Shown here: piece after piece, positions 1 to 14,271 of the stretch
Numbering within the stretch: position 1 is the stretch's first letter
Layout: every line of letters starts with the position of its first letter
Assembly (NCBI GenBank): GCA_964247055.1
Contig: OZ176053.1
Span: forward strand, 5,146,001 to 5,210,000
Source of the DNA: Paragordius varius
Taxonomy: Eukaryota; Animalia; Nematomorpha
Length of the DNA: 64,000 bases
Direction of reading: 5' to 3'
The notes under the pieces: generated by a model
Database searches by the model: none
What the model was told of the DNA's origin: nothing
What the model saw: only the letters and a program-made list of their open reading frames with translations
Position numbers and translations under genes: made by a program

Positions 1-562
1 TAATATAATTAACTACCAGAATATTTTGACAACTAACATGTGTAAAATTATTTGTTATGAAGGCAATTGGACTATATTCATTAAGCTCTCTGAAGCTAGT
101 TGGACAAATTTCCCACAAACCCTCATAACATTTATGGTTAAAAGGAGAGCTCATTTAGTACGAAACATGCAGAGAGTGAGAAAAAGGATGTAACTTGTCT
201 CTCCTATAGATTTGACAGAACTTGTCAGAAAGAGCTTGGTTTCAGAATATTAAACTCTAACCTAGCATTTAATTTAAATACCCTTTTTTCATGTGTCGTC
301 ATCGCATTTAAAAAATCACAAAAAAGTCTTATTTTTAAATTGAGTTTTGCAAACTGTCAGTCCATTACATAGAAAAAAAGAGCGAAAACGGTTTTTTTAA
401 ACGAAAATGTGTGCTCTTCGAAATATTGAATTTATCAATGTTTGAGGGATTATATATATACTATATTAAAAAGTATTTATCTATAATGATGTGGATAAAA
501 AACATATATCTTAAATCCAAATTTTATCTCATTGTCTAATTTCACAGATATAAAAGTTTTAA

Positions 563-1450
563 TCTATATTTTATAAAAATGGAAAGTGGTGGCTTTGTGA
601 TCTTCCGGAAAACCGATAGACCCATTAAAATCCAAATATCGAAAACCCGACAATGGCTTCCCTTTTTTTGAATTAGGCCCCCAGTTCGGGCCCACCCCGT
701 GTAATAAACGGTTTTTTTTCAAAAACATAAGTCCACAAAAATCGTGTCTTTGAAAAAAATTTCCCCAAAACGCGTTGGACCATTCGATTTCAAATATAAT
801 TTTTTTTTCTTATTATGATTGCGCCGAACATAGTCGGCTCGCTTTATAATTTAGGCGTCTTTTTACCCGCTCCCCCCGTAAAATGCCACTTTTTTCAAAA
901 AAATTAAGTCCACAAAAATAATTTTTTGAATCTATTTTTCGCCCAAAGTATGAGACCGTAAAAATTCAATAAAAATTCCAGGTAATCCCTCTTAAAAGGC
1001 AAAAATTTTAGTCAAGCGTTTTTTTGATGATAGCTGCTTGGTAAGGAGATACACGCTAAAAACTGACCCGTCATATCAAAACAGCCTGCCTTTGAAGCTA
1101 AATTTCAGAAACCTATCAGGCCATATGATTTAAATAGCTGCTTAAAATATTCAATAACAAGGCAAAAATATAGATCGGTGCTTTTTTTAAATTAGCTGTT
1201 AATTAAGCCCTTCATGCCCTGAAAAATGGGCCACCATAGAATGATTTTTCAGTTTTGAGGCAATTTTTCCAAAAACTAATGAGAGCATATGGAATCAATC
1301 ATGATTCCAGGTATTCTCCGTAAAAAGGCAAAAATTTTATTCAAGCGCTTTTTTTCTATCAGCCTCTGGGTATGGAGCTACCCGCCTAAAACTGCGCCAC
1401 CATATCGAATATGTTTATAGTATTATTATATGCCTGTAAGCAGAAAAATG
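563..1450 (+). mobile_element. Non-autonomous Helitron-like element, long form; 3' end not found
   Basis: A|TCTATATTTTATAAAAATGGAAAG 5' end at 563, shared with copies at 8644(-), 15521(-), 15828(+) and 63929(+). After TATGAGACCGT it continues into about 300-bp internal repeats also present in the 14272-15521 copy. No CTAG terminus seen, so the right boundary is approximate. Confidence 0.7.
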
Positions 1451-2368
1451 TTTAAAAAGCAGATTAATTAATAATTGGACAAAAGTAACCAAAAGATCTC
1501 ACCAAAAAATCCGGCTAAAAAAGTTTAACTGCAAAACCTCTTAGAAATCATTTACCATTTAAGGGAAAGCTCCACACCTATACTCTCCGGATTCGTAGGA
1601 ATAATTTTTTTACACGGATATTAACAATATCGAAAATGTGATGCCTGCTTATGATTGCATTCATTTTTAGATAACCAATCAATATTATTAAAACTGTGAA
1701 TATATGACGGTAACTAAATATTTAAATTAATTTTTTAATTAAATTTTATAAAGTCATTTAATAGTTTTTAATTGGTTATTTTTATCAATCTCATAAGCCT
1801 AATGCTTATCTCTTTCATCATCCATTTGTTATTTGAAACGATAATTGGAAAAAAGTTCATATGGTAAAATGGCTTATTTAAAATTTATAAGAACCGTTTT
1901 TCAGCTGGTTAGTAACGTCCTATCAAAAACCGGTTAATGTCAAAAATCTCATAAAACAATATCTGTCCATCATGCGTTGGCTAACTCAAAAACTTATTTT
2001 TCAAATTTATCTATGCCCAAATAAGTAAATGATCCAAAAATAATTAAAAGATAGATTATTAAATTTAATAAGAAAATTTTTTAATTTGGCAAAATGGAAT
2101 TCTTCAAATTAATGATAACCTTTAATGGTCTTTTTTAATGGTTTTTTCCGTAAACTTAAAAGTTGCTTTTTCACCCTTGAGCCCTTATTTTATAAATATA
2201 AGAAAGTTGTGGCTATATTTTGCAAATAAATGATAACATTTTACGCCAACATTAAATGTATTAAGGGTGTTTATTAAAAATAAATGCCAAAACGTTTTTT
2301 TCTTAAAATCATATTAAACCCATCACTTTTCATTAATATTAAGTGACTGCCATGGGATGTGACAATGA

Positions 2369-2601
2369 ATACGGACAAACTTAAAAATATAAAGGCAATA
2401 TTTTTTTTAAAAGACATCCATACTTTTTTTAAACAATTAACTCTATGTATTTATTTGTAAAATATATAATTGATTGAGGTACCAATAAACAACTCTATTT
2501 TCTACATTGCAGATGAGTTAGTTTTATATGAAAATCAGGTTTAAAGTACTTTGGACTTGTAAAAAAATATTTGCCCAATATTTTTACGGTTTGTCCGCAT
2601 A
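2369..2601. mobile_element. Possible small MITE
   Basis: Imperfect inverted ends ATACGGACAAACTTAAAAATAT / ATATTTTTACGGTTTGTCCGCAT about 230 bp apart; no TSD confirmed. Confidence 0.3.
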
Positions 2602-3422
2602 ATTTTGGTTTTTTCTGTAATGTAAAGGGATAACTGTAAAAAGAACCCCTTTGAATGATTATTATCAATAGTCAATTTTTTTATATTTCAAAATATTTTT
2701 CCTTTACATTCATAATATTGACAATAGGCTTTATTTGTAATTTTATGCATTATATATATATATATATATATAGTTTAGATACAGATATTAATTAAAACAT
2801 GGGTAGAATAATAATATATACATATTTAATTAAAATTTTTTGAAATAAATTTGATGATATATATCTAAGTATCTTACTGATTTATCCGTTTAACATGTAT
2901 ATAAAAATTATAATAACATTTAAAAATTTTCGATGATTGTGGGCTTTTTGATAATGACTTTTAAAATTCAAGTAAAAATATGGAGGCAGAAAAGGGATAA
3001 TAGAGATTTTTGTTCAATACAACCATAACATAACATTTCGTAAAAATAAATTTTAAAATGTTCGTAAATGTGCATATTCAGTGGCTTATAAAATGTTTTT
3101 TAACCTAAAATCCAATGATCCCCCAATATTTCATAGCATATTTGAATAGAGTAATACCATCAGGGTGTGTGTGTTTTGAGCGTTATCAAATAAAACTTTG
3201 TTTAAAAAAAAACTATTTTAATTAAATTGCAGTGCATTCATTATTACATGATTTACATTGAGAATGTTCAAAATTAGAAAAAATATTTTGCAATTATTAT
3301 TATAATTGCAAAACAATTAATTATATTTGCATCCGGTAGATATAAATACAAATTGATGAGGATTTAAAATGGTATATCAAAGGGTGGTGTGGTTACTTTT
3401 GATTTTGGATATCGTAAGTTAA

Positions 3423-6400
3423 TTAACCCCTTCTCCATTCAATAAAATTAAAAATGGCTGACAGTAGATAGAATATTGTCAGCACGAAACCCAAAATCTA
3501 GAAATGTATGTATAAATAAAATAATGAAACATAATTTAATTAATTTTGGAGGGGTTTAAATCGCCATTTAAAAAAATTTAAAATGTAAGTATATAGAATT
3601 GCATTATGACCAAACATATTTTGCAAAATAATTAAATTACGAAAGATTTTGATTGATTTTAGGGCACACAAAAATTAAATTTTTTTATAAAAGTATGAAT
3701 ATAATCGTACCGCTGCCACGATCCAGAATGTCCTTCTAAAACTAATGACCACTAAAACGATTGAAGCTATGAGATAAAGGACAAAGGCTAACAAGTTGAA
3801 CAACATTTCCTGCAAATGAAAAAATATAATATATCTCATGTATATATATTTACTACTTTGAAAAAATAATGTTTGCTATAATACCCTAAAATGTTTATAA
3901 AGTCCAAAAAATTGGGAATAATCTTAATATAACATCACAGAAAAAGCCATAATTATTGTTTAAACAATCATATAATTGATAAGTTAAGAAAAAAAATTTA
4001 TGTATGTAAATTTCTATGAACACTTTACCAATTTTTTCTATGTTCACCAATTTAAAAGACCTTTTTAACCGATTATAATATATATATATAGATATAAATG
4101 ATCATACCATTAAATTCCATTTACTTCCCGTACTCTTGTAGCAAGCCCAGAACAAAAGGAACAATATGGTGAATATCAAGCAAAATGATGCTGTGAACAA
4201 GAAATAGTGTACGCTTCCAGGTCTGAAACGAATTGACGTTTCATAAGCTGCCAAAATGATCACAATCATCCCCAACAGCTAAATAAAAAATAAACCACAT
4301 AAAATTAGTCGGATATATTTTTTTAATATATATTTTTTGGAACATAAGATACAAAAAAATAATTATTCTGTAAATCCCTACATAATTACCGAGTGAGACC
4401 AGACTTAACTTTTGATTATTGTGTTACAAAACCCAAAGCCCTATTTAAAAATCCTAAATAATAAACATGATCTATAATTAATTGAGGAACTGGTTAAATA
4501 ACGGCTCACACCAATGTGTCCTCCTCGTGATATAATTAAAAATTAATGACAGGTAAAAGTAAAAATTATCTGCACAAAAAAATTTTGGTTCGAAAATGTA
4601 TATCTATCATTACTCATAAAAAACTTAACTGAATATTTAAAATTAAAATATATGAAATAGAGCCAATGAACTTTATTTGCCGAAACATCTCTGTAAGCAG
4701 TATTATTAAAAAATATTTTAATTTAACTACAAGGTTTGTCAGTTAATAATATGTTCCGTAACTTCATTATATTTTCCTGCAAGATATTGAATTCTGGGCA
4801 ATATTTAATAAAAAATCACCCAAAATTTTACGAAACTTTAATATTTATTAAATTATTTAATTTTGGAAAATACGGAAAAGAACACATTAAATGGATATTT
4901 TAATACTAAAGTGTCTAATTATATATTAGATAGTTACAACTCAACCAAAATTGTCCAAATAAGTTACATGGATTTAATCTTAAAAATGGAGGGAACGGAC
5001 CCCGTGACTAAATCATACTCTCTTAAGGCACAATAGACACCTAGAGTTCAACTATCCTTTCAATATCATAAATTAGAGCTTCATGTAACATCTATTTTAT
5101 AAAGGCTAACAATTACCGGTAAAATTGTTTGGCTTAAAATGTAATTAATATCAGGTAGATTAGAAAGACTGCATATCAAAAAGGTTAAACTTTTCTATTA
5201 CTAATACTAACAAACAAAGTTTAAGGTTAAAATAACTTTACATATTTTTAATTTATATTGTAAATGAATATTTTAAAGTTTATTTTCATTAAAAAAGTTA
5301 GTTTTGTTAAATGCAGTTTTTACGGTTTAAATAAACACAATATATATACTTTTTAAAACAAACAAATATCAAATACTTCCAATAAACTTAATATATCGTT
5401 GTTTAATTACGCTTAGAGATAGATTATAAAAATTAAAGCTAAATTTATATTTTGTATAATTCATGCCAAAATTTGGTTTTTGCGATTATATACATTATAT
5501 AGTTAATTTTGCCTATCGTTTTCCCCCATTATAATGCAGTTTATTTTATATATATATATATATATATACCATAAAAATAAAAAAAGTATGAATATGCCCC
5601 AATTTTTGCAAATTAATCATTACTCCTGTGATATTTTAATTTTTGTTACACATAATTAAAATGCCACATAAATTAACGAAAAAATAACCAATTGTAAAAA
5701 ATAAAATTGAATATTTTACAACAGTAATAAAGTATACTTTATTGTGTTATAATTAGAAAAATAATAGAGAAAAATTAATTTCAAGAGACAAGGTCGCCGA
5801 AAACGGCACAGTATATATATATATATATATTATTATTATATACATTTTTAATCGATTTTTCTTACTTTTTATTGATAGATTTTATGTATGTATGTATGTA
5901 TATATAAATAATGTTGTTACATTAATAAACCTTTTGTTAACGCAATCTAAAAATCGTTGTATATAGATATATGTATATTATTGTGTGATTATTATGATGT
6001 AAGAAAAAAAACAGTTTCTTTTTCCATAAAAATTATTTTTTTGTTGAAAAAATCTATAAATATCAAGGTAAAATTCATTTTATATGTATATGCATTTCCC
6101 CCCATCATTCGCATAAAATGTATTGTTTTGTCGAAAAAAAATAATTTAATAAAATCTACTATCTCATTGGGTGTCAAAACGACACATAAGGCATTGAAAA
6201 AATGTGTGTGTACATTTGTTAATACTAAAACTTTAATTCAAAATAATTTTGGCCAAAAAATGCAAAAAAAATTAACAAAATCTTACAATTTCTAATATCT
6301 TTAACAGTCCCGGTATAGAGAAGCAGTATGACATATTAGAGCCCGTTCGGGGGGCTGTGTTTGATACTACTGGCATATCTAAACAAAAAAAATTAAAAAT

Positions 6401-9400
6401 TTAACATTTATGAAATAAACTTTATCAACCTGATAAATTAATTAATCAATATATATACGTATATATATATACTTGTGAGTTTTTGTTTGGAATATTACAG
6501 TAACTTAAAATTATAAGTTAATTAAATTTTATTGTTTAACCGCAAATATAGTCGAAACGATAGAAAAACACTCGATTTTTATTGAGTATCTGCGTATATG
6601 TGGTGTGGCAGTGATCAAAAAATTAAAATTTTAATATTATGAAAACGCAATTATACAGTATTTATAACAAAAATTTTTTTATTGCTTAAAGCAGAAATGG
6701 AAATAGATAGATAAATGGTTTAAAAAAGTTAAAAAATTTACTTGTATGTTTTATTTTTCGGAATGCAATGGGTCTAAAACCTTTTGGGGATATTATTTGC
6801 GCAAAAATATTTTTTTTACAATATATACTTTTATAATTATAAACAAATAAAAACAAAAGGTGAGAGAAGAAATAGAAAAAAAATTTTATTATATTTTTTA
6901 CCTTTGAATGATGCGTGTGCGTATGTGGTAAATGTAAACAAATATATAATAGATTTTAATAATAAGGTAGGTCTGATTAAACGAAATAAGTGAGTAAGTA
7001 GTAAATTAAGTTGGAACTAATTCCACTATTTATGCAATAGCGTATGGCATAAAAGAAAGTTTGTCCATAATTTACTAAACACTATTAATGTTAAAACTTA
7101 GAGGTGAATTGTATTTAATTTTAACCATTTGCTGTTTGTTACCATACGCTACTGTATTTTATATTTATACCTAAGGATCATTATTACGAAGGTGTTTGTT
7201 TCATATATTAGGTATAATATAAAATAATAAATAAGGCCAACGCTTATTATTTTAAAAAATAATAATGGATTAATTAAATTGAGTTTATCAAGGCATATGA
7301 GTGAAAAAACACGGTGTTTTGATAATAAAATTTTTAGAGAAATAAATAATAAAGCTGGAATGAAATTTACCGAAAGGTTTCGCTAAACAAACCATAAACG
7401 GAGTTAAAGATCAATATCAAGAAATCAATTTATATGAAACAATCGAATTAAGAACAACCATAGCTTTTCCCCAAAACAATTCGAAATAATAATCGATTTT
7501 ATGGCTAAAAATTTACAATTCATTGGTTGGTTATATTTCAAACATATAATTTTAAGTAAGTTCAAGGCAGGGGCGTACCGAGGGGGGGGCAAGGGGGTGC
7601 ATCATGCCCCGGGCGCCGTTATTTAGGGGCGCCTAAATGATTTTTAAAATTAAATTTTAATTATGCAAAAATAATAAGAACTTTCAAAAAGATTTTTCAG
7701 CTATTAGATAATAATCCCTAATATATATACTCTATATTATTCACCTAATTAGTACCATAAAACAGAATGACTTAACATTGTTGAGAGTGGAAAAAGAAAA
7801 ATATGATAGATTTTAATAATATAATTGATAATTTTGCAATATCAAAAGCCAGAAAAATTTTTACATAAAAGATATTTTTTCTCTTAGTTGCTTTTTTCCT
7901 TTCCAAGTGATAAAATCTTCATATAATTAATATTTTATTAAACAAAATGCATTATAATTATGTTTATGGATTGTAAAATTCTCCTAGATTTACAATTATT
8001 TTTTAAATCATTATTGTTCGCCATTATCATAAGATCAATTCAATATATGCAACAAAAACATTATTTTTATATATAACTAGCGAAAATATAAGGCTGTTAA
8101 GCAGCCCGAGAAAGTCCTTCGGACTTCCAGGTGGGAGGGGGCGCTATTTGAAAAAAGTATTTCGAAACATTATATGATCATAAAATTTTAAAACGGTGGA
8201 GTCACACTAATATATTGTTTACTTGGGCCAAACGGTCTCATACCTAGGGCGAAAAATAGATTTAAAAAATTATTTTTGTGGACTTTGTTTTTGAAAAAAA
8301 TGGCATTTTATGGGGGTAGCGGGTAAATATAGGGCCTAAATTAAAAAAGCGAGATGACCATGTTCGGCGCAATCGAAAATGAGTAAACAAAAATCACATT
8401 TGAAATATGGTTCAACACGTTCTCCGGAAGATTGTCTCAAAGACACGATTTTTGTGGACTTCTGTTTACAAAAAACTGTTTTTTAACGGGTGCGCCCGAA
8501 CTGGGGGCCTATTTCAAAAAAGGACGAAGCTATTGTCGGGGCATTTATTAATGATTATATTTTTTCGATGTTTGGATTTGAATGGGTCTACCAGTATGCC
8601 GGAAACATACAAAGCCGCATTTTCCATTTTTATAAACATATAGATTTTACAAGTTAAAAAACATTTTTTGTTAAATTTTAATTTTATCACTCGCGACCCC
8701 AAACGGGGTCGCGACCCATAGTTTAAGACGCCCTGATTATATATATATAAATTTAAAATTTATATGACTGTGCTGTCTTTTCTATGGTGTTTAGGTTACA
8801 ATAAATTGTATTATTGGCTTTTAAAAAAAAGGGGGGGGGGGGCGCCATTAAAGTTTTATGCCCCGGGCGCCGCAAATGCTCGGTACGCCACTGGTTCAAG
8901 GGCGCAATAAACTATGAAAAATGTTAAAAGTGGTTGGTTAATCTTTAGGATGGATTAATCATGATTGTATATTAAAAAATTAGTCATAAAACATTAGACT
9001 TAGTGACAAAATATGTTCTAGCAAGGGAAACAAACGATTTTAAGGCGTAAATTAAATAAAATCCAATAATAGCGAAAATGATTAAAATGTAAGACTAATT
9101 GCTGGCGACACGCTTATTCTACTCATCTACTATAAAAATCTCATATAAACTAACCTTTAGTTAATAAATGTTTCACAGTCGCTATCCTAGGATCTAAATG
9201 TTTTGTTAAAAATCTTTTGAACAATGTTAAACAATGATATCAACACACCATCCTCTACGTTTCGTGATATAACCAATCATTATATTCATTTTAATATGAG
9301 CCATAAAATGATATGAAAAAACGGCGTATCGAGCGGCCCATCATAAAATTATAGTTTTAAATTATTATATATCTTCAATATTTGTTTCGGCTTCTAAAAC

Positions 9401-12387
9401 TAATATTTGAGACACTATATATCAAGCGTTTTTAAGATTGACTTTAATATTGTCATAAAAAAGTGTGTCAAGGTTGACAATATGTAATACTGGGAATTTT
9501 AAGAAAATGAAATCATAAATTAAAACTAATGGGGTATATATGATTTAATTTCCCAAAAATAAAAAAGCGTGTGTTTGAAAACGCCAGAATTTAGTTATAT
9601 CAAGGTCTAATTCAAATGTTCCCATGAGGGGAGCGTAAAGAGAGGGTGAAAAATTTGGAGAAACGAATTTAAGTTAGTTGAAATATGATTCAACCATTTA
9701 AAAATAACTTGGCTAATCTTCATGTCTAGATAATTTAAAGCGCCTAACCTGTATACAAAATCATCAATTGCCTTACCTATTTTGATGGCTCTTGGATCAA
9801 CGTATTGTGTAAAACTGGATTCTCAGCCTTGGGTCAATTAAAAAAATGAACTAGAAACAAATTGAAGGTTAATAAATATCTCAAGTAATAAATAATTTCC
9901 CCGGGAAAAAATATTTAAAGAATCGCAGATACAAGGATCTCATTTTTTATTTTCGTTGTTTAAGTGAGGGGGGTGACAAGAATTTTTTTCAATTTGGTGG
10001 GGCATGAACAAAAAGGTTGGTAACCGCTGTCTAGTTCAGATTTCGGAGCGTAAAACAATTTACATTGTACATATGGCACTAAAAACGTTTTAACGAAAGT
10101 TTCCGAAAAAGTAATTTTAAAATTGCTTAAAAATTGAAATTTTAAGAATTTTTTAAAATATCAAATAAAATTACATAAATACTTTCAGATTTAAACATGA
10201 ATAAATAATAATTTATAGGATTTTTTCTATTTTTAAAATTATATATCTTAACACTTAAATACCTTCTGGAATAATAATCCTATTGCGATTTTGATAAAAT
10301 ATTGAAAAAGTACGATATTGGGCTAAATTTAAAAATATGCATTTCATGGCCTTTTAGGTGCTATAATTAACTTTTTGGGATTTTCTAAAAAATTAACCCA
10401 TATATATTTTTATAAATAATATAATTAACTTTAAAATGCTTTTGAATATATTTATCAAGAAATTTTTGATAATTAATTATTTCAAAATTAGCTGTTTCTC
10501 AAGCGAAAATGAGGGTTATCTAAATTTTAGATTCTAAACCTTACAAAACTGTAAAAGGTAAATCTTTTCCGTGCAACACAAAAGTTTTGTTGGATAGTCC
10601 AAACATTTTTTAGAATAATATTTTATTAAATTAGGCACTAGAATCAGTTACCCGAATACGTCTCTTCATATATAACAAAGTGTTATATAATCTTATTTCG
10701 TTTTTGGCTTTTACCACGTGTTTGCAATATTTTATGAATGAATTGTCTCAAATTTTCCGAAATCAATTTTCGAGTTTAAAGATTTTTATCTTGGGTTACT
10801 GTTTTCAAAAAAATACAAAATATTAGTCAAATTCAGAGGAAACAATATGTTTAAACATTGATGTTAAAAACAATTTATTTTTAAAATTAAAGGAGGTGAT
10901 TTACATAAATTTTTAATAATATTTTTAAGAATTAACATCAAAGTTATATCTTTCCATAAATTAATACGATTCCGTCATTTTTGGTGCCGTCTGAGAGGCA
11001 AACATGATAATTACAAAAAAAATAGTAGAAAAATATACAAATACAAATCATTTCAATTTTAATTAACACTTGATTACCTTTTTGGGGCCAAATTTATATT
11101 TCAAATTTAAATATTTGAAAATTCCGATGATTTAAACCAAATTATACTATTCTGGCCTTTTAAACCCATATGATTTTTTTTAAAAAAGTGAAGTTGCAAG
11201 AAGATCTTAATATCAAACTTTTAACCGAACAATTTTCTAGATGTTAAGTCAAAAAACTGACATAAATAAATATATGACGCAAATAAATTTAATTAACTTA
11301 AATTGTAATTCGACAGCTTTCGTTATATAAATCTTAAAAAAGATGTAACTTTTAATATTTAAAATGTTAGTAATTACAGAAACTGCGGCTAAACACTCGT
11401 ATATTTTTTTTCAATTTATAAAAGTAGGGTTGGGTCGGTCAAATATAACTTGCCGCTTAACATTTGATATAATTAAACAAAAAAAATATTTTATCAATCT
11501 AATTGTTTTATAAAATATTTATATTAAACAATATTGAATAAAATTATACAAATTCACATTTTTTAAATTTTTTTATTATTATTTTTAACGACCCATTTAA
11601 TATTACATGCTAAACATGTTAAAAACTTGGTCGGGTTGCGGTGACCCAATTTCGATTTATAGGCTTTACTGAATGCCCACACTGGTAATAATCATGGTCA
11701 TAATTAAATTAGATCGGACCCTATAATTTATCATTATGTAAACCGAAATTTTCCTTAATCTTTAAAATTAATAGTAGATTCCTTTTTCCATTAAATATAT
11801 TAAAAAGACGTCATAGTAATTTTTGCGTTTTATATGAGTATGAATTATGAAAATTTGGTGCAAAAACTTTAAGAAGAATATATTTTTAATTTAAAATTTT
11901 ATTGTATAAATATTATTTTTTAATTTAAGCCAGAGATTGGATAACCTTTTACCAGTTTAATCTCAAATTCGTGGGATGAAATATATCCCCCAAAAGGCAA
12001 TCCAAGCTTTATTTAATCTTATATCGGCTTTAAAAAGAAAATAAAATAAAAAACAAATAACTTACGGCCTCCAACATGGTGCTGGTGATGCACTGTTCCT
12101 GTAGGCGCATTTGCATTATGGTGGTGAGTATGATGGCCGACATTTTGCTGTCCGCTACCACTCAAATCACCTGATACCGGCTGATATCCATGAGTATGGG
12201 TGTGAGGAACGACAACTTCTTTATAAACTGGGCCGGTTCCAACCCCACCATGTATATGGCTACCACCCGCTATACTTGTATTGACTGTACTTCCCATCAC
12301 ATGAGTCGTTTCAGGCGGTCCCGTAGATAAGGGATAATATTCGTGTTTAACAGTTGGATGATTTGTATTCGAAGTAGTATTGTCCAT
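3423..12387 (-). CDS. MARVEL-domain 4-TM protein (CMTM/plasmolipin-like) with His/Gly-rich N-terminal extension, about 251 aa
   Basis: Exons complement(12066-12387, 6287-6378, 4108-4278, 3711-3809, 3423-3497), all GT-AG and phase-compatible. Translation: ...SYCFSIPGLLKILEI / LLGMIVIILAAY...HYFLFTASFCLIFTILFLLFWAC..KWNLM / EMLFNLLAFVLYLIASIVLVV..WIVAA / ILGFVLTIFYLLSAIFNFIEWRRG*, the typical MARVEL four-helix pattern. The core (3423-6376, 144 aa from an internal ATG) is high confidence. Linkage of the 12 kb exon rests on a matching phase-1 junction (C|AT). Confidence 0.85.
7742..7868 (+). pseudogene. hAT transposase C-terminal dimerisation-domain remnant (frameshifted)
   Basis: Reads HLISTIKQNDLTLLRVEKEKYDR then, after a frameshift, DFNNIIDNFAISKARKIFT*. 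Resembles the recalled hAT C-terminal motif RSTM.QERL..LAILSIE....DF..IID.FA..KARK. Confidence 0.7.
8077..8644 (-). mobile_element. Complete non-autonomous Helitron (568 bp)
   Basis: On the - strand A|TCTATATG...GAAGTCCGAAGGACTTT hairpin...GGCTGCTTAACAGCC hairpin...CTAG|T; no TSD; highly similar to 15828-16403. Confidence 0.85.
8690..8735. mobile_element. Orphan terminus of a Buster-type hAT MITE
   Basis: CGCGACCCCAAACGGGGTCGCGACCCATAGTTTAAGACGCCCTG matches the right end of the 13962-15657 element; partner TIR not found. Confidence 0.6.
9613..10029 (+). mobile_element. Decayed Buster-type hAT element with transposase C-terminal remnant
   Basis: Right TIR AAAAAGGTTGGTAACCGCTG. Frameshifted coding remnant PNLYTKSSIALPILMALGSTY / CKTGFSALGQLKK*TRNKLKV resembles the Buster STYLCE.GFS...IK.K.RN.L motif. 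TSD-like GTCTAATT (9605-9612) vs GTCTAGTT (10029-10036). Confidence 0.65.
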
Positions 12388-13154
12388 ATATTTATTTTAG
12401 TAAAGAGTGATTATGTTTTTCGAGACAATAAAAATAATGCGCGATTTAACTGATGATATAATAATTATAATAATCTAGTATGCAAAAGTTATAAATAATT
12501 GGTAGCGATTCCTAAAAAAATGATTGGGAAAGATTTATTTCGTTTGATTGAAGGAAACAGAAACAATAATAAAAAACGATGTTACAAACACACAAGTAAT
12601 TTGATCCAGACTTGTCGGATCTTTTGCCAAAAAAATGTTATATACACAGACTTATTTATATTTTATACACAAATGTAAGTGTTTTAATTAAGTATGTTTT
12701 GTTGTTAAATAAATTTGAAAAATCCAATAAACTTAATTTACTAATAAAAAACCCAATAGTAATAATTATAATGTTAATTATAAACATAAATATGTATATG
12801 TATATTGGTTTTTTAATTTATGTACATGAACAATGAATGATAAAATCAGAGAGAGAGTGAGGGAGGAGGGATTTCAAGTGTTAAAATTTCTATGTGCGTG
12901 ATAACTTTAACAAAAACTTTATCATGCAACACAAATCAATATATTATATATTTATATATGAAAATACGCGAATTGGATTTATAATTAAAATAATTTGGCA
13001 ATTAGCACTAATTAAAATCATTACTGTATTTTATCTTATTTTATATCATATCATAATGCGTCAATATAATGGGATAAAGTACAGTCAAATTTCTATTTGT
13101 GGGGTATGGGGAATCGCCGCGCAAATAATATTATGTGTAAATACAGATATTTTG

Positions 13155-13414
13155 TTTACTAACACTTCAAATTCACCCTTAACAATTCAAATTACCTTCA
13201 AACAATTCAAATTCACCCTAAAATAAATTGTTTTTTAAGCATAAATATTACCTATATTTTTTAATATTTTTAAAAAATGAAATTTTGTTTGTAATTGAAA
13301 TAATACTGAGGAAATAATAAACTATTTCATAAAAATATATTTCTTATTAATAATGAGTTATATTAGCTTGAAAACAAATAATTTATTTTTAGGGTGAATT
13401 CGAATTGTAAATGC
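13155..13414. mobile_element. MITE family B, degenerate copy
   Basis: AACAATTCAAATTCACCC subunits at the left end and GGGTGAATTCGAATTGTAAATG at the right; same AT-rich core as 22637, 51955 and 54308. Boundaries approximate. Confidence 0.6.
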
Positions 13415-14096
13415 TAAATATGTCGCAATGAAAAATGCATAAATCTTTATTGGGTCAAAGAAACCCGAACAGTTTTCCCGTAATATTATCGAAAAACGAA
13501 AAAGGCTATTTTTCAGCTAATAAAAGTGTGTTTTTACAGAATTTTATATTTTTTATTTATGTTTTCTGAGGAATTATAAAATATATTTTATGCTTAAATC
13601 TTAAATGATGTAAATGATAATCGAAATTATCATATATATTTTATAAATAAATTTTTCCCATTAACAAATATATACAGTTAATTTTAAATTAAATTTCATA
13701 AACTTAAAAAATATATATAATTATTATATATTTTTGCTAAATCAAATTTGAGGAACCAAACATTAATCCTATTTAATTTTGGGTTTCTAGCATTCTAAAA
13801 ATTTAATATTTTGGGCGATAAATTCAAAAAATGATTCCAGCTATTAGCAATTAAAATAGCTACGATATCTAAAAAGGGGAGGAAGGGGGCATCTAACAAA
13901 AACAGTTTTGAAAAACAATAAAAATATAAAATATCGGTACTTTAAAAAAAACCCATTAGTCCAGGGCTTCTAAACTTTTGTAGTTCCCGAGCCCATTTAT
14001 GATAGCGTTTTTCTTAACGACCCCAACAAATATAAAAGAAAAATAATATTTTCTTCGAAATAACACTTAATTTTGTTGATAATATTTATCAGGATG

Positions 14097-14271
14097 ATTT
14101 CGGTTTTAAGAGATTGACAAAAATAAATCTACATTTTTTATAAATTTTTATAACATTTTCTAAATCATAGTAAATTTATACAAGATATTTTCGGTTTGAA
14201 GAGATTGAAAAAATAAATCTACATTTTTTATAAATTTCTACATTTTCTGATATATAGATTTATACAAGATA
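14097..14271. repeat. Two-copy tandem duplication, unit about 90 bp
   Basis: TTTCGGTTTTAAGAGATTGACAAAAATAAATCTACATTTTTTATAAATTT...TTTATACAAGATA is repeated (CGGTTT at 14101 and 14192); the Helitron begins right after the second unit. Confidence 0.85.

Larger units (their letters stand above)
7568..8893 (+). mobile_element. hAT-superfamily non-autonomous element with nested insertions
   Basis: TIRs CAGGGGCGTACCGAG / CTCGGTACGCCACTG; perfect 8-bp TSD GTTCAAGG (7560-7567 and 8894-8901); subterminal GCCCCGGGCGCC motifs at both ends; lies in the MARVEL gene's first intron. Confidence 0.9.

Noticed and set aside
38-260. 51-codon ORF (MCKIICYEGNW...) and a vague LINE zinc-knuckle-like pattern on the opposite strand
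   Set aside because: No convincing motif or splice context; at the window edge.
5957-6295. ORF-track ORFs 5957-6295 (+) and 5992-6177 (-)
   Set aside because: AT-rich intron sequence of the MARVEL gene; K/I/F/N-biased translation with no motif.
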